A stretch of DNA of 64,000 nucleotides from Tubulanus polymorphus. Its lineage: Eukaryota; Animalia; Nemertea. The position numbers and the translations under genes were made by a program. How positions within the stretch are numbered: position 1 is the first letter of the stretch; each line of letters begins with the position of its first letter. This document shows, piece by piece, positions 23,063 to 35,460 of this stretch. The notes beneath the pieces were generated by a model. It worked only from the letters and a program-made list of their open reading frames with translations. It did not search any database and was not told the DNA's origin. The stretch lies in assembly GCF_964204645.1 (NCBI RefSeq), contig NC_134025.1, positions 1,674,001-1,738,000 on the forward strand. The letters are read 5' to 3'.

Positions 23063-24115
23063 ATGGTTAATGAATTCTCATATTGGTGCGACTTTATGGA
23101 AAGAGGTTTCAACCAAACTAAAGACAGCGGTGCACAGTCGCTTCTGTTGATATCGATGCCACTGATAATCATTATCGGTTTATGCGGTAATACTTTAGCG
23201 TTGTTGGTGATCGTTAGAACGAAAAAGTTGAGAACGCACGGATATTCGTTAATTCTGATATTTCTCATCACGTCCGATTGTACCGCGCTTGTAAATAGAT
23301 TGACAGTTTGGATCAACTTTATGCGCGCAAACCTCGGTCTACCGAATTTGATCGTTCTCGATTCGGACGCTGAATGCTTACTGGTTGAGATGTACGGCGT
23401 AGCGACGTTTGTCGGGGCGTGGCTCGTAGTTCTGATATCTGTCGAAAGATTCTGCGCTGTTTGTATAAAACCGATGATGAAACGTTATTTAACATTAAGA
23501 AACATATTCATCGTGACACTAGTGACGTCAATGTTGGCTGGTAGCTGCGATATTTTGCTCGTCTATCAGATATCCTACGTAGAAGGTCAAGGATGCAGTA
23601 TGAGCGAAACGAGTTTGAAAATATACGTAATGTCGGCTGCATTTCTAATCGGACCGATTCCGCTAATCTTTATTTGTACCTTCAACAGCTTAATTCTTGT
23701 TCGTTTACGCAACAGAAAATACCGATCAGTCGGTAAAAAATCCCGTAAAAGGATTCGTAGTAAGTCAGTGCGAGCGACTGTCATGTTGCTGATTGTGACA
23801 TTCGTTTGGGCGATTCTAACTGTACCGCACTGCGCCTCGCTGGTCATGTTGTGTATACATAAATTGGGATACTCTATAAGTCCATCTTTGCTCAGATTGA
23901 AATACGTCGCGCGCACTATTTACGACTTGAATTATATGTTGAATTTTTTCTTGTATTTCATGGCTGGTCTAGAATTTCGGATAGCTTTTAAGCGCATGTT
24001 CTTTAAGGGCGAAAATGCAACATCGCCGACCTTGGTGCTCGAGTTGACGCCTTCATCTACCACTGCCGTCAAACAATCAAGATTTTATCTAAAAGAAGAT
24101 CCTGTGATTGACTGA
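23063..24115 (+). CDS. Intronless class A (rhodopsin-like) GPCR, peptide-receptor-like orphan
   Basis: Seven hydrophobic segments; GLCGN (TM1), SD in TM2, SVERF (DRY variant), TM7 NYMLNFFLY, helix 8 FRIAF. Confidence 0.92.
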   Translation: MVNEFSYWCDFMERGFNQTKDSGAQSLLLISMPLIIIIGLCGNTLALLVIVRTKKLRTHGYSLILIFLITSDCTALVNRLTVWINFMRANLGLPNLIVLDSDAECLLVEMYGVATFVGAWLVVLISVERFCAVCIKPMMKRYLTLRNIFIVTLVTSMLAGSCDILLVYQISYVEGQGCSMSETSLKIYVMSAAFLIGPIPLIFICTFNSLILVRLRNRKYRSVGKKSRKRIRSKSVRATVMLLIVTFVWAILTVPHCASLVMLCIHKLGYSISPSLLRLKYVARTIYDLNYMLNFFLYFMAGLEFRIAFKRMFFKGENATSPTLVLELTPSSTTAVKQSRFYLKEDPVID

Positions 24116-24865
24116 ACCGTTCCCTCGTGTTTTGACGATTTATATATTCAAGACTCAGCCTAGTGCGACTCACTGAACTGTGATGTAACCATTTATTGGA
24201 TATGATGAAAAGTGTCCTCAATAGGCTATAGATAATGAACCATTGTTCAACGTTGTAATATGTTCTGTGCTGTTAGATAGATTATTTAAACTTTTGAAGA
24301 TCCGGTCAAATGATAAATCTTGTCAATCCGGCGCCTTATTTTAAAATATTTCGTATTGCATTGTATATGTTCTATTGTAAATTATTTCGTAAATACAAAA
24401 ATTATGATAATGTAGTATGCGTTATTGGATTTGCGTTATTGGATTTTTTTTGTATGTAAATGACTTTCGAAAAATAAATAAAATGGACCGCGACCGGTGT
24501 GACGCGGGCTATCGAATGGACATCTGGCAGGACACAGTTTCCGATCCGCAATCCGCTTACGAATACGCGTTTCTGGTTCCGAGTCATGACGCGAGTTTTA
24601 CTGTTTACCGTAATGGCTTCCGTAATAGTAAATAATGGAATGATTGATTGAATGAATGATGTTTTTTGCCGCATCCACACTAAAAATCAGTAAAAGATCC
24701 TGTTCAAAAACATATACCAGCTTTACGTAGACAGCTTCGAGGTAAAAAATGAGAACGTTTGAAATGAAAATCCGGGATTATTGGATCCATTTACTAACAG
24801 TTACAATTACACCGATGATAGTTTCTCTACTGTCTTGTTTCAGATTGTTTGTTTGTAAACTAACG

Positions 24866-27800
24866 ATGGGTCGAGTTCGCAAGAAGAATATAGTCTATGT
24901 TTGTCTATCGGGACTGGTGTTATACGTCATCTTACAAGCGTTTTATCTATACGACAATGACAGTTACAGTCCGCTGAGACCGCTTTATAACGCGAAGAAT
25001 GAAGCCAGTAGACTCCTGAAATTCCTCTCATCCTATCACTATCAGTGCAATATCACCGCTCAGATCGGTAATCGTTCTTACTGGCCGCTGTGTCTGGAGA
25101 CTGATATGGCTATTGATTTGGAATCGAAAGACAAAAAGATTGCTTACTCCATAGGGTAAAATTTTATTTGTTTTACATCTAACATGTAGTTTGTGAGTTA
25201 CGATTATGTTTTTAACCCCAGAACCACATCCCATTGCCCCTTAAAATCTATTGAAAGATGGCAGTACCTGTAAAATATTTAGTAACTACCGATACTAACG
25301 ATTTCATGAAGATATCTCGGCTGATTGCTGATTGGCAGCAAAAGGGTTAAATGTTTTTACAGATATTTGATGTATATATGATGTTTAATTGAAAAGTTTA
25401 ATTACTTAATTAATTTGATAAACAACTAATGATGTTTAATTTCAGACCGAGTTATGATTACGTTCTGGAGAAGAATCTAGCGGCGAATTTCAGTTTCGAT
25501 GTTTTCCTCGTCGGACCGGACGAAGTTCCGAATAACGTCAGGAGAATCCCGAACATCACTGTCATTAAAACGAACGTCGTCCCGAACGATTACGCCGATT
25601 TCTCGCGCAATTCTTTTGGTCAATCGACGTTGAATTTCATCATGGATCAAAGAAAACACAAACAAATCGAAATACTGAAACTTCAGGAGTTGAACGGCGA
25701 CGCTCCGCTCTGGGAGCTTCTTCATTTCCTCATTAACGACGATCTTTTACCGAGAACTAAGCAATTATTTTTACAAGTTGCTATCGGTGAGCAGTTTATT
25801 CGACGTGTCAACTGTTATTTTTACAACAATCTTTCGGATCAGGGATAAATTAAGGACCCTTTTCTTGTCAGTCAGGGAATTTTTCGCATCTCGATGGTGA
25901 CGATTCTTAATGAAGCGATGCCCTACTAACGATATCTTATAATAAAAAATCAGGAAATTTTCGATGTTCGATCCACAAATTCAAATTGATACCAAACTGA
26001 ATGAAAATGAACTGATTTTAACTCTTAAGAGTCAAACTTTCCCCACAACTGTAGAACTTTATTGCGTCTAGTTAAGTTGTTATGAATGTTTTTCAGATAA
26101 ACTGGACGATGATTATTTATATAATTGGTATCGTGTATTGTATGAGTTATTCTATAAAGCCGGATTTAAACTTTATCACACGTCTGCATCGGATTCATTG
26201 TGTTTACAAGTGACGCTCATGCAATCATGCGTTTACTATATGTCATGGATTCATGATCCCGGTCCTAGTTATTTCGCGATGCATCCTCCAGCAGACTACG
26301 GTAAGAATGTTCATCCTACGATTCCTCGAAAATCCACTAAATTGAAGAGTAATAAACTCCATTGATTCCGGGAAAGTCTTAGAAAATTATCAGCATTGAC
26401 TGAATAGTACGAAGAACCCGGATGTATCTCTTAAAGCTCATTCTTGTAAAATAAAGTTGTTTCTATCTTGATTTTAAAGGTACACTGAGACTTGAAGAAA
26501 ATCGTTTATTAACATACCTCGGCACTGGTCATACCTGGTGCCCAGCTGTGAAGACAATTGGAGATGGAAAAGATTCATTTGATATTTGTGAAGCGACTGT
26601 TCAAAGTAAAATTGAACCTTGTATAGTCTACACGTACAGGTGATCACTAAATTAATCAGTTTTCATTGTTCAAACATTGTAGTTTGTAAACAGCTAACAC
26701 TTTCACTAATTGGGTGGTGATTATCTACAAACATATCTTATCGTAGGATATTTTATCTGAAAAAAATCCTCACCCAACTTAAACCAAAAAACTTTTCCCG
26801 ATGATAGCTTTCATATGATAAAATGAATCAAAACCACAAATCGGGATTCAAACATAGAGATGACTCGAATGATGACTATATTTATGTATGTTTCAGTACT
26901 CGTGAATTAAGAAGAATTAATGAACAGTTAACGAGTATCGGTTGTACGGTGAATAGTTACATTCATATCTCAGACAGCGACCGATCAAAATCAATAGACG
27001 ATCTTAGACATCAAACATTATTCAGAAAACTTGTAAATAAATATCAGAAACCTCAGTAAGTTAAAACCTTCAATTCATCATTGCATCTGATGAGGGCTGT
27101 GGCTTAAACTCTGTGGTCTTAAACGTTGAATATTCAACCTTTAGTCGCGGGATTCCGCTTCAGTGTGTTTTGTATGTTTTGTATTTGTTTAGGGTTAAGT
27201 CAGGTGTCCGATCAATTTCGCAATCAGTTGATGAACTCGGTAAAGAATCCAGAGTTAGTCTAATGTTGATCGACTTGGAAGATCTCGATTGGACGATACT
27301 TAATAATCTTATGAGTAATAATATACTTAAGGTAGGTACTATCAACCAAAAGAGCAAGCAGCGGTTTTATCATACAACAGCCTCGATTAGGATCGTTATA
27401 CAATGGGTGAAAACGATATTCCCTTCTCCTCGCTGGGGATTCTACATCGTGGTGCTTCTTCCATGGGGATCTTTTATGTCAGGGACTTTTTACTGTGCAC
27501 CTATTAGAAATAAAAGTCATACAGTCTATAGTCATCTGGACCCAGTTCCACAGTTCTGAGTTAAGATTTGACTCTGAGTTAACTCATTGAAAATTAACTA
27601 AGTTTAACTCCGAGTTAACTCACTCACAACTGTGGAACTGGGGCCTGGGTTCTAAATTGATAATCTGTTCTCCACATTAGAGTGTGGTTATTCTTCTACT
27701 AGTCATACAGTCGTTTCTATCTCTGTTTTCAGAACGTGTCTCAAATTGTAATGAATTTCAATGCGATCAGTAAAATACACGGCAAACATCCGATGATTCT

Positions 27801-27990
27801 ACGACATAAATACAGCAGTTTACAACAACTATCGCGACACGGATTCACAGTATTCAGACTGCATGAAACAGACTTTACCGATAATAATAAACATCAAACC
27901 AATACAGATATTTCAAACTGTTGCTTCCAGATTGGATTTTTACACGGACCCGTGTCTGTATCGTTGCGTTATCAACCGTGGGGTCAGTGA
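24866..27990 (+). CDS. METTL24-like (Methyltransf_22/FkbM-related) type II membrane protein with two tandem domains. Exons 24866-25155, 25446-25786, 26097-26300, 26480-26639, 26897-27055, 27193-27331, 27733-27990 (~516 aa)
   Basis: All six GT-AG introns are phase-consistent. N-terminal signal anchor. Motifs WPLC..IAYSIG, IEILKL..W.LL..L....LL..TKQL, GFKLYH, CVYYMSW, repeated in the second half (FDIC..CIVYTY, LMLIDLEDLDW.IL..LM..IL..VSQI, GFTVF, CCFQIGF). Confidence 0.75.
27536..27647. mobile_element. MITE family A, best-preserved copy (intron 6 of the METTL24-like gene)
   Basis: TIRs CCCAGTTCCACAGTT / AACTGTGGAACTGGG with internal GAGTTAACTC palindromes. Confidence 0.75.
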
Positions 27991-28266
27991 ATTGTGACAG
28001 TATTTTGGAGAACGACCACTCGTCAAAGTTTCTCTTGATAATATCAAAAACATGAAATTATTCTTAAGAAGAAGTTTTTATCGCTTTTATTCGTAGTAGG
28101 TTTTTAATAAAACTAATTTACAAATTTATGAAATGTTTAATTAGCGAAGCGCGCCATTATTTTTGTACCCTTGTAAAGTAGTTTATAGATCGTAACGATG
28201 AGTAAAATATGATTTTATCTCATGTTATTTACAGCATGTTGCGTTTGTAAAAATGTGCTAGGCCTG

Positions 28267-28402
<136 letters not shown>

Positions 28403-29316
28403 CGTCTATTCTTCCATTGTCAGTGTTTTATATTTGTATAATATAATTATTGTCTCTATGTTTTATCTTCAGTAAATAGACTTGGCTTGTCACACGTGAC
28501 CCACGTGAAAAAATGTTTAAAATTTTCGTATGTCAATTCTAAGCGATCCCACAGCTCAATCGTCCCTCCGACTGCCTCGCTTGTAGATGAATTAATTTAC
28601 CGCCAGATCCGAGACGAACGCGAGTCTGCTTTTTTCAGGAATGTTTGTATATTGCCTCCCGCGCCCCCTATTGTTCAGATATCGATTTTGAAGCCATGTT
28701 TGTCGGTATTGTGCGTAGTCTTTGTTAGGGAATCTAGTCGAATGTATAAATAGATATCATATCGTCACAATTAATACAAACTTCGTCAATGTTTCTATTT
28801 TCGTGAAATTCTGCTGATATGAACTAGAACGAATTGGAGGAAGCTGCGGTGTAGGACGTGTCCTTCCACTGGATGGTTATGGGTACACTAGGCTCATCAA
28901 GTGTAGCAGAGCAGTGTGGGTACAGCGAGGATACTAAGAAAAAGACTACCAGGTATCATTTGTGTTCTGAGTTCAATCATGCACTGATGCATCCATGGTT
29001 GAATCAAGAACAAACTTTAAAGACCCCGTCTTTACAATGTTGTAGTCAAATTTTTTTATGGTCCCGGATCAATAGAAATCAATTAAATGATAAGGATTTT
29101 ATACGTAGATTGCATTCACCCGCGGTACCATCTACTGAACTAACAAACTTAACTCGTTAGATATTTACTTTAATAGTGATGATAAACTCAACACACAATT
29201 CATGTCTATTCGTACACATTCAAGCACCTTTCGACCAGAAGAATTGGCTAAACTGAAATTAAGACAAGCATCATCTATTTACATTTACTGTGCTCCATTT
29301 TCATCGCTCGCTCGGA

Positions 29317-32055
29317 TTATTGAGTGTACTGGCGACCAGAAATAACGATATTAGCAAACTCTGAAAACGGGAAATAACATCGCGTAAAAGTATCAACAGC
29401 GCATCGGAAAATAATCACAGAATAATCCTCGAACAAAGTGTGCAATAAATGATTCATAAACACGTGTGATAAACACACCGGCAAAAACTGATCAGCTATT
29501 AATGAAACAGGAAACATAGAGTGATTAGAGACTTAAGAATCGACCCACATTAGCAGCTAGCGGCGCGTGGGTTGTGTTACCTTGGAATGTAATTTTTCCG
29601 TCCTGATCCAGATCAGCCTCCCTCAAAATAGATTCGATCTCTTTTGAAGTTAACTGCATGCCGTGTTCCAGTAAACTGAGGCATGTTTTCAGATCACCCG
29701 GGTCTAAGTAGCCTTTATTTCCATGATCGATCATGTTGAAGGCTTCCATCAGTACCTCGTCGCTGAGCTGAGCTTCTTCTAGTTTTATAGCCATGAAATT
29801 CAGAAACTCTGAGAAATCGATCGTTCCATTACCTGAATATTAAATTCGTTAATCATTAATTGATTTGTGTTCAATAGTGTGTATTTTACATACAAGTCTG
29901 TTTGTACTGACCATCCTCGTCGATTTCTTCAATCATTTCAGTCAAATCATTATCACTGAATGAAACGCCCATAGTTCTCATCGCCTGCGCTAGTTCAGTT
30001 CTAGTAATGTGACCATCTCCATCATCGTCGAATAGAGTAAACGCCTCTTTCAATTCTATACAGAAAATCATTTTACGAACATAAAAGATTTTTGGGCAAG
30101 GTTTGTTATAGATAGGCCTGTTGGCAGGGAATACGGTTTACGGAAATTATCAATAACCGTCACGTATCCTATAATTTGGAGATTGAAGTGGAAATTAAAA
30201 CCTTGTAAGGTTCATACAGTCCTTTTACTATGACACTCTTTAAACGCGCGGGCGTCAATTCATCAATATCAAAACGATTCTTTAAAGATTCAACATAGGC
30301 AATTTCTAATTAACGATTTTAAGCAGGATGAATAAGAGTGTTCCATCGAGCGTTTCGTGAGACTGATAGGAGTGGTTTTTGAGGACTTGTATTCCGCACA
30401 GTTTCTAACGTGGAACAGTTATTGTAATCGAAATGGATGCAGCATATTAAACAATAATATTGTAATTTTTCTGCGAATGTTTGAATCGTTTCCTGGGCGT
30501 ACGATTTCTCCCATAATACATGAGTTTCGTCGAAAGATCGATTTAAAAACCAAATGTTTACGATATACATATTATGTCCATGGACTGAACAGTCTGTGAT
30601 CAAATTGCTTACCTGCAATTACTTCTTCTGTGAGTTTATCTGCCTGAAAACAGAGATTGAAATAATCAAGAACATATCCAACACTGTTACCGTATGAATA
30701 ATGAGAATCCCAAATCAACACACACCCAGCCGAACGATCGAGACATTTTTACGAAGGATTCGTGCTCGAAATCTCAAATTCGTTTTTCTCAAGTGACCTA
30801 GATATTCAGTCTAAAGTAAATCTACTACAACACGAAATATTTCAGTCGGAAAGAAAAGATTTGTTTTGCTTTTTCAACGCGTCTTTTTATTCGCGTGTAT
30901 ATGTATGCATATCGTTTGACATTTTCAGCAGGTTAGGCGCTTTATTCTGCTGCAAAAACCGGTTACTTCTGTTGAAATTCTTCAATGTTTACAGCCACAT
31001 ACGCCACCGTTATCGATATGATTATATTTTGTATCATTCTCTACATTCAAAAGAACTTGAATATAAAGATGAATGAATCAAGAAATATGAGATAATAAGC
31101 TTCATGGCTTACTCGAACCAGTTTGATACATGAGTTAGTGTTAACTGAATTGAAATTAGTTAATATAGTTTAGAACATAAAAACTGTGGTACCGGACCGT
31201 GCTGTATGACGGTTATTCCTCCGGGTTAGTGTTGGGCGCAAAATGACAAAATCGTTTGAATCGAATCGTCACACTTTCTTTATCGACTATTCTTGGCGAG
31301 GTAATCGAAATCGAAAAGCAACGTAATATTTCGTGCGCTAATTTTGAATATCGATGAATGAGGTAAACAGAGACCATTGCCGACAGGAGACTTGATCAAA
31401 TTCGTATACATTTTGTAAGAAACGAATTAATTTTCATCACAGTTCGACGCCGTTGTCGACGAAGCCAATAAAAACAGTTTTGATAAAAGCCCGAGGCAGG
31501 ATATTGCTTCGGGCCGTTGATTAAAACATGTAAATGGAAACGTTACAGTGTTCTACGCGACAAGCAGAGCCACTTACGTGGTTTCTGTTCTACAACAACT
31601 TCACCAACATGACGAATACCACGAATGTGATCGAAGATGACATTTTCATTCCTATATTGGATCATGGTGTCCCATCGAAAGAAGATTTTAACAAGGGCCA
31701 TGATCTAAAACGTGTTTGACTCATGGGCGGATCCAAGGTCCGTCAGACGTTGAAAGGAGCGCGAAGAAATGAAAACAGCTACTGAAATTGGTCATAAAAT
31801 TCCTCTCGTTGGTTGTGAAAACGCTACGAAAAAGGGCGATGAAATTTAGCCCCGAAAAAATTGCCGTTGTTTCTCAAGTACGGAAAAAATACGATGGGAG
31901 AACGTGCTGCTTGTTGCCCACTCCTGGATCCGTCCCTGTGACTTCTATACTTTGATAAGTTTGATTAAGATATATAAAAAGAAGGGCGAGACGTGAGGAG
32001 AGAAGAGGGAGGAGAGAAAGAGGGTTAGCGAGGAAAGAGTGAGAGCACTTACCAT
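29317..32055 (-). CDS. Calmodulin-like EF-hand protein (~157 aa). Exons 32053-32055 (ATG only), 30613-30643, 29912-30055, 29581-29832, 29317-29360
   Basis: Calmodulin-type exon layout (3, 31, 144 nt). Sequence [29 protein letters not shown]...IDEDGNGTIDFSEF...DHGNKGYLDPGD...DLDQDGKITFQEF. Confidence 0.9.
31722..31938. mobile_element. Non-autonomous DNA transposon (MITE) with 5-bp TSD in calmodulin-like intron 1
   Basis: TIRs CATGGGCGGATCCAAGG / CCTGGATCCGTCCCTG, flanked on both sides by TGACT (31717-31721, 31939-31943). Confidence 0.75.
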
Positions 32056-34102
32056 TTAATCTACGCTGAATCAGGCATTGAAGCAACCACGCAGACCTTC
32101 GAGTTCAGTTCTCTCTGACACTACCGCCTTTGATATAATCACACCCAGCAGACACACAACAGACATTAATAAATCAACGCCTTTAACGCATTTAACAATC
32201 TTCAATTCCAGTTTTAGAAAAGTGAAAAACTCTATGAATAGACTAGTCTAGTGACGACAGCTCAACTGAGTAAAAAAAATCTCAACATATATCATATTGT
32301 AGAATATAATTCGCTTGACATAATACGTGTTTTTTTAAATTTTGAATGCTTTATCTAATCGTTATTCAGATTGAAATATGCCTCGACGAAGAGATATTTG
32401 AATATGACCGACATGCTTTTGGTAATTTGATAAACACGCTGTTGTGAGAGTAATATTTGAATTCTTCTGGTTTCTCAGATTTTAATCACGCCTTGTTTGT
32501 GTGTTTTATATACATTATGTTATAAAATATCCTCACATTCATGAAAATCTGTTTATTAGATATTGATATAGCGAGAGACCTTATCAAGTTCCATTATCAA
32601 GTTACTTACTTCCTTCGCAAATGAAAACATTTTCATAAACATTTAATGTTCAACGCCCAAAACGAAAATTATTTTGCGAACCGTGAAGAGACCGTGGAGC
32701 TTCATCGAAACCGAAATAGCTACAGATTATCCCACAGTCGAGAGTGACTTTAGTCAAATGGGCCACAATCGGTGGGGATTTAGCTCTTTTTTCTACCCTT
32801 TCGTAGAGTTGATCAAAACGCAAACAGCCTTCATATACCAGAGACATGATGTTAACAATTTTCGGTCGCGTTCACGAGTGTAAGTGACAATGACTTGATA
32901 GCGTTCGTTATTCTTCAGAAGATATCGTGTTGTTTACTTTGATGATTTTTTTGTGGCAGAATTCGGGTCATTGAATTGCTGCTATACATAATGGCCCCTC
33001 GATCTGGCGACATGACATCGGTACTCGAATGGCCCGTGATTTTAAACGCTAAAATCCGTTTAGAAGATGATAACCTTTGAGCCGTCACTGCCTGATTGTT
33101 TTAGTTCAGTACTGTTTACGTGATTACATGGTGATACCAATTAATAATTCAACCCCTTATAAATGTGAAGATGATAAGCTGTTTATAATCTATAGATTAA
33201 CAGAAACTTCCCAGCCCTCCGTAATGATAGACAATCGATAGAGAGATTGACGTGCATTTAAAACGGCTATTTCTCGACAAGCGATGTCGTTATCACCCTC
33301 GTAAATAACTGACATCATTTCACCATACATTCTTGTATCTTAATAGCAGTTCTCACATTTTCAAAACGATATTATTCAGAACTTCGCCATTGCTTAGCAT
33401 TTCTCCAGTACTGGATTCGCAGCAGTTGAAAGTGTGGAATCTTTTTTTCAGATCCCGTAAAAAACAGTTTACTTTAACGAATGAATCGTGACAGTTATCG
33501 CTATACAGATATTACAATCCTGATTTATGTTTTATTCATTATATTCCACGGTATCGAATCGTGAGGTAACCATCTGCTGCTGCTACAGTATCATAGAACA
33601 CTGCGACGACTCCTCGAGAATAACGAGCAATCATCTCTTGAGATGATTGCTCGTATAGTTGAGAGGAAGCTTTAGTATGAATGATTACATACTCTGCAAT
33701 GGACGAAGCCAACCGTTCCAAAGGCCGTTCACAGAAGACTTAAAGCTTCCTCAAAAATGTATATGTATCAGAGGCTTGAATTAAGTCCTGTCCTATCAAA
33801 TCTAGTATGAGACAAAGAAGATTACACAGGCTATTCATTGCTGCTTATTGTGTTTTTGAATCACTGAAGATGCTCAAAAAATGATCCATGTTTTTAAATC
33901 TTCTTGTCATTCTGGTTGAGATGGGCTCTAGATTTATGGTTTGCGGGTACGGTTCTCCTTGATTTTCAAGTAACTTGAAGATACAGCCAATTAGAACAAA
34001 TCACCCAGAGAATGTTATAGAACACAAATGATAATTGATACTTTATTCTTCGAACCATTTTCATGATACAACAAACATTTTTTTGAATATATCATTTATC
34101 AG

Positions 34103-35080
34103 TTATTCAGCAGATTGTTCAGTTACACTTCCATTGATATTATCTACTGAATATCTACAACGTAAAATACCGTAGAATGCCGCCCTGTATTTCGGGTTAG
34201 TGATGCCGTATATGATTGGATTCACTACAGAATTTGCCAAGGCGAGAAAAAGAAAGGCGCCTCGAGTAGTGAAAAAATACTGCTCAAACTCGGGTGAAGA
34301 ATAGCCCAATATAATCAGGGACACGGCGAAAGGTGTATAACAAACAACAAATACTGAAGTGACAATAAATACAATCTTAGTCATATTTCTATCCCTGATT
34401 CTATTACTAGAATTGCGGTGTGCGTGATTTGTCGCTATGTTTCCGTTTCCTACGCGTTTTCTGCTGGACACATACGATAGGTAAATCACCACGTACAAGC
34501 AAGCAAGTATCAATTCTATACATAATATGGTGATACCGACAAAACAAACATAGCCTTTATTGAACGCGTGTTCTAAATTACACGGGTAAGGCCATTTTCT
34601 GCCCTTATAGAGCATCATTAACCCGAGGAAAATAGACACAACCCAGGTTATACAGATATAAACTACAACCCTTTTATTGGTCAACTTTGTTCTGTATAAC
34701 AAAGGATATTTGACGGCCAGAAGTCTGTCAATAGCTATCGACATCAAACTGAGCAACGATAAAAATATCGACATCGAATACAACGACATGATAACAAGAC
34801 AATGCGCTTCTGTGTTTAAAGCATTGAAAATCCATTTCCAGGTATTCAAAAACGAACATAGACCGATCATCAAATCTGAACAGGCTAAACTAGCTACGAG
34901 ATAGTTAGTTCCGGTTCGCAGGTGAGGGTATCTAGAGACGACGATTATAACCATCAGATTACCGCCAGTAATCGCTGCGAACAACACTGAATCACGCAAA
35001 GGAAAGATGACTTTCCTGATTACATCAAATGTAACATCGTCGGTTTCATTAGGTCTCGGAACTTGCGTGTCGTTATTCAT
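34103..35080 (-). CDS. Intronless class A GPCR (adenosine/aminergic-like orphan)
   Basis: GGN (TM1), TNYLVASLACSD (TM2), AIDRLLAV.YPL.Y, FVVCYTPF (TM6), NSVVNPIIY (TM7). Confidence 0.93.
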   Translation of the reverse strand: MNNDTQVPRPNETDDVTFDVIRKVIFPLRDSVLFAAITGGNLMVIIVVSRYPHLRTGTNYLVASLACSDLMIGLCSFLNTWKWIFNALNTEAHCLVIMSLYSMSIFLSLLSLMSIAIDRLLAVKYPLLYRTKLTNKRVVVYICITWVVSIFLGLMMLYKGRKWPYPCNLEHAFNKGYVCFVGITILCIELILACLYVVIYLSYVSSRKRVGNGNIATNHAHRNSSNRIRDRNMTKIVFIVTSVFVVCYTPFAVSLIILGYSSPEFEQYFFTTRGAFLFLALANSVVNPIIYGITNPKYRAAFYGILRCRYSVDNINGSVTEQSAE

Positions 35081-35372
35081 TATTTTCTAGTGGTCAAGTG
35101 AATTGACGGTAACAAGTGACATTTGAAGTCAGGGCGTCTGACGACCAGCCAATCGATTATATAAAGACGGTCAGATACGTTAAGTGGCACCAAGACGCCG
35201 ATTTTTTTTTTGAGCGACGCGGCTGATCCTAAAATGAAGGAAAAAATGCAAGCCATTATTCACTTTCCGATACGAGCAATCCATTAATCACACATGCGGG
35301 ACCCGAACCCTGCCCTGAGCCAATCTAACGAACAGTACCATAGATTTCCATTGGTTTTCGTCAGGTTTTATC

Positions 35373-35460
35373 CTGGACACTATTCCACAAGTGTAATATT
35401 GACTTTGAGTAAAAGTTAGTTCAAATATCAGGCTTTAACCCAGAACTGTGGAACTGGACA
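35373..35460. mobile_element. MITE family A copy
   Basis: CTGGACACTATTCCACAAG ... AGAACTGTGGAACTGGAC, the same termini as the 27536 copy. Confidence 0.6.

Noticed and set aside
27084-27135. CTGATGAGGGC...GTCTTAAACGTTGA hammerhead-like string in a METTL24-like intron
   Set aside because: The essential GAAA reads TAAA and stem I pairing is not evident; at most a decayed remnant.
33539-33800. Minus-strand ORF ending VAVFYDTVAAADGYLTIRYRG, reminiscent of a CUB-domain C-terminus
   Set aside because: There is an in-frame stop just upstream and no supportable flanking exons; the similarity is too weak to call.
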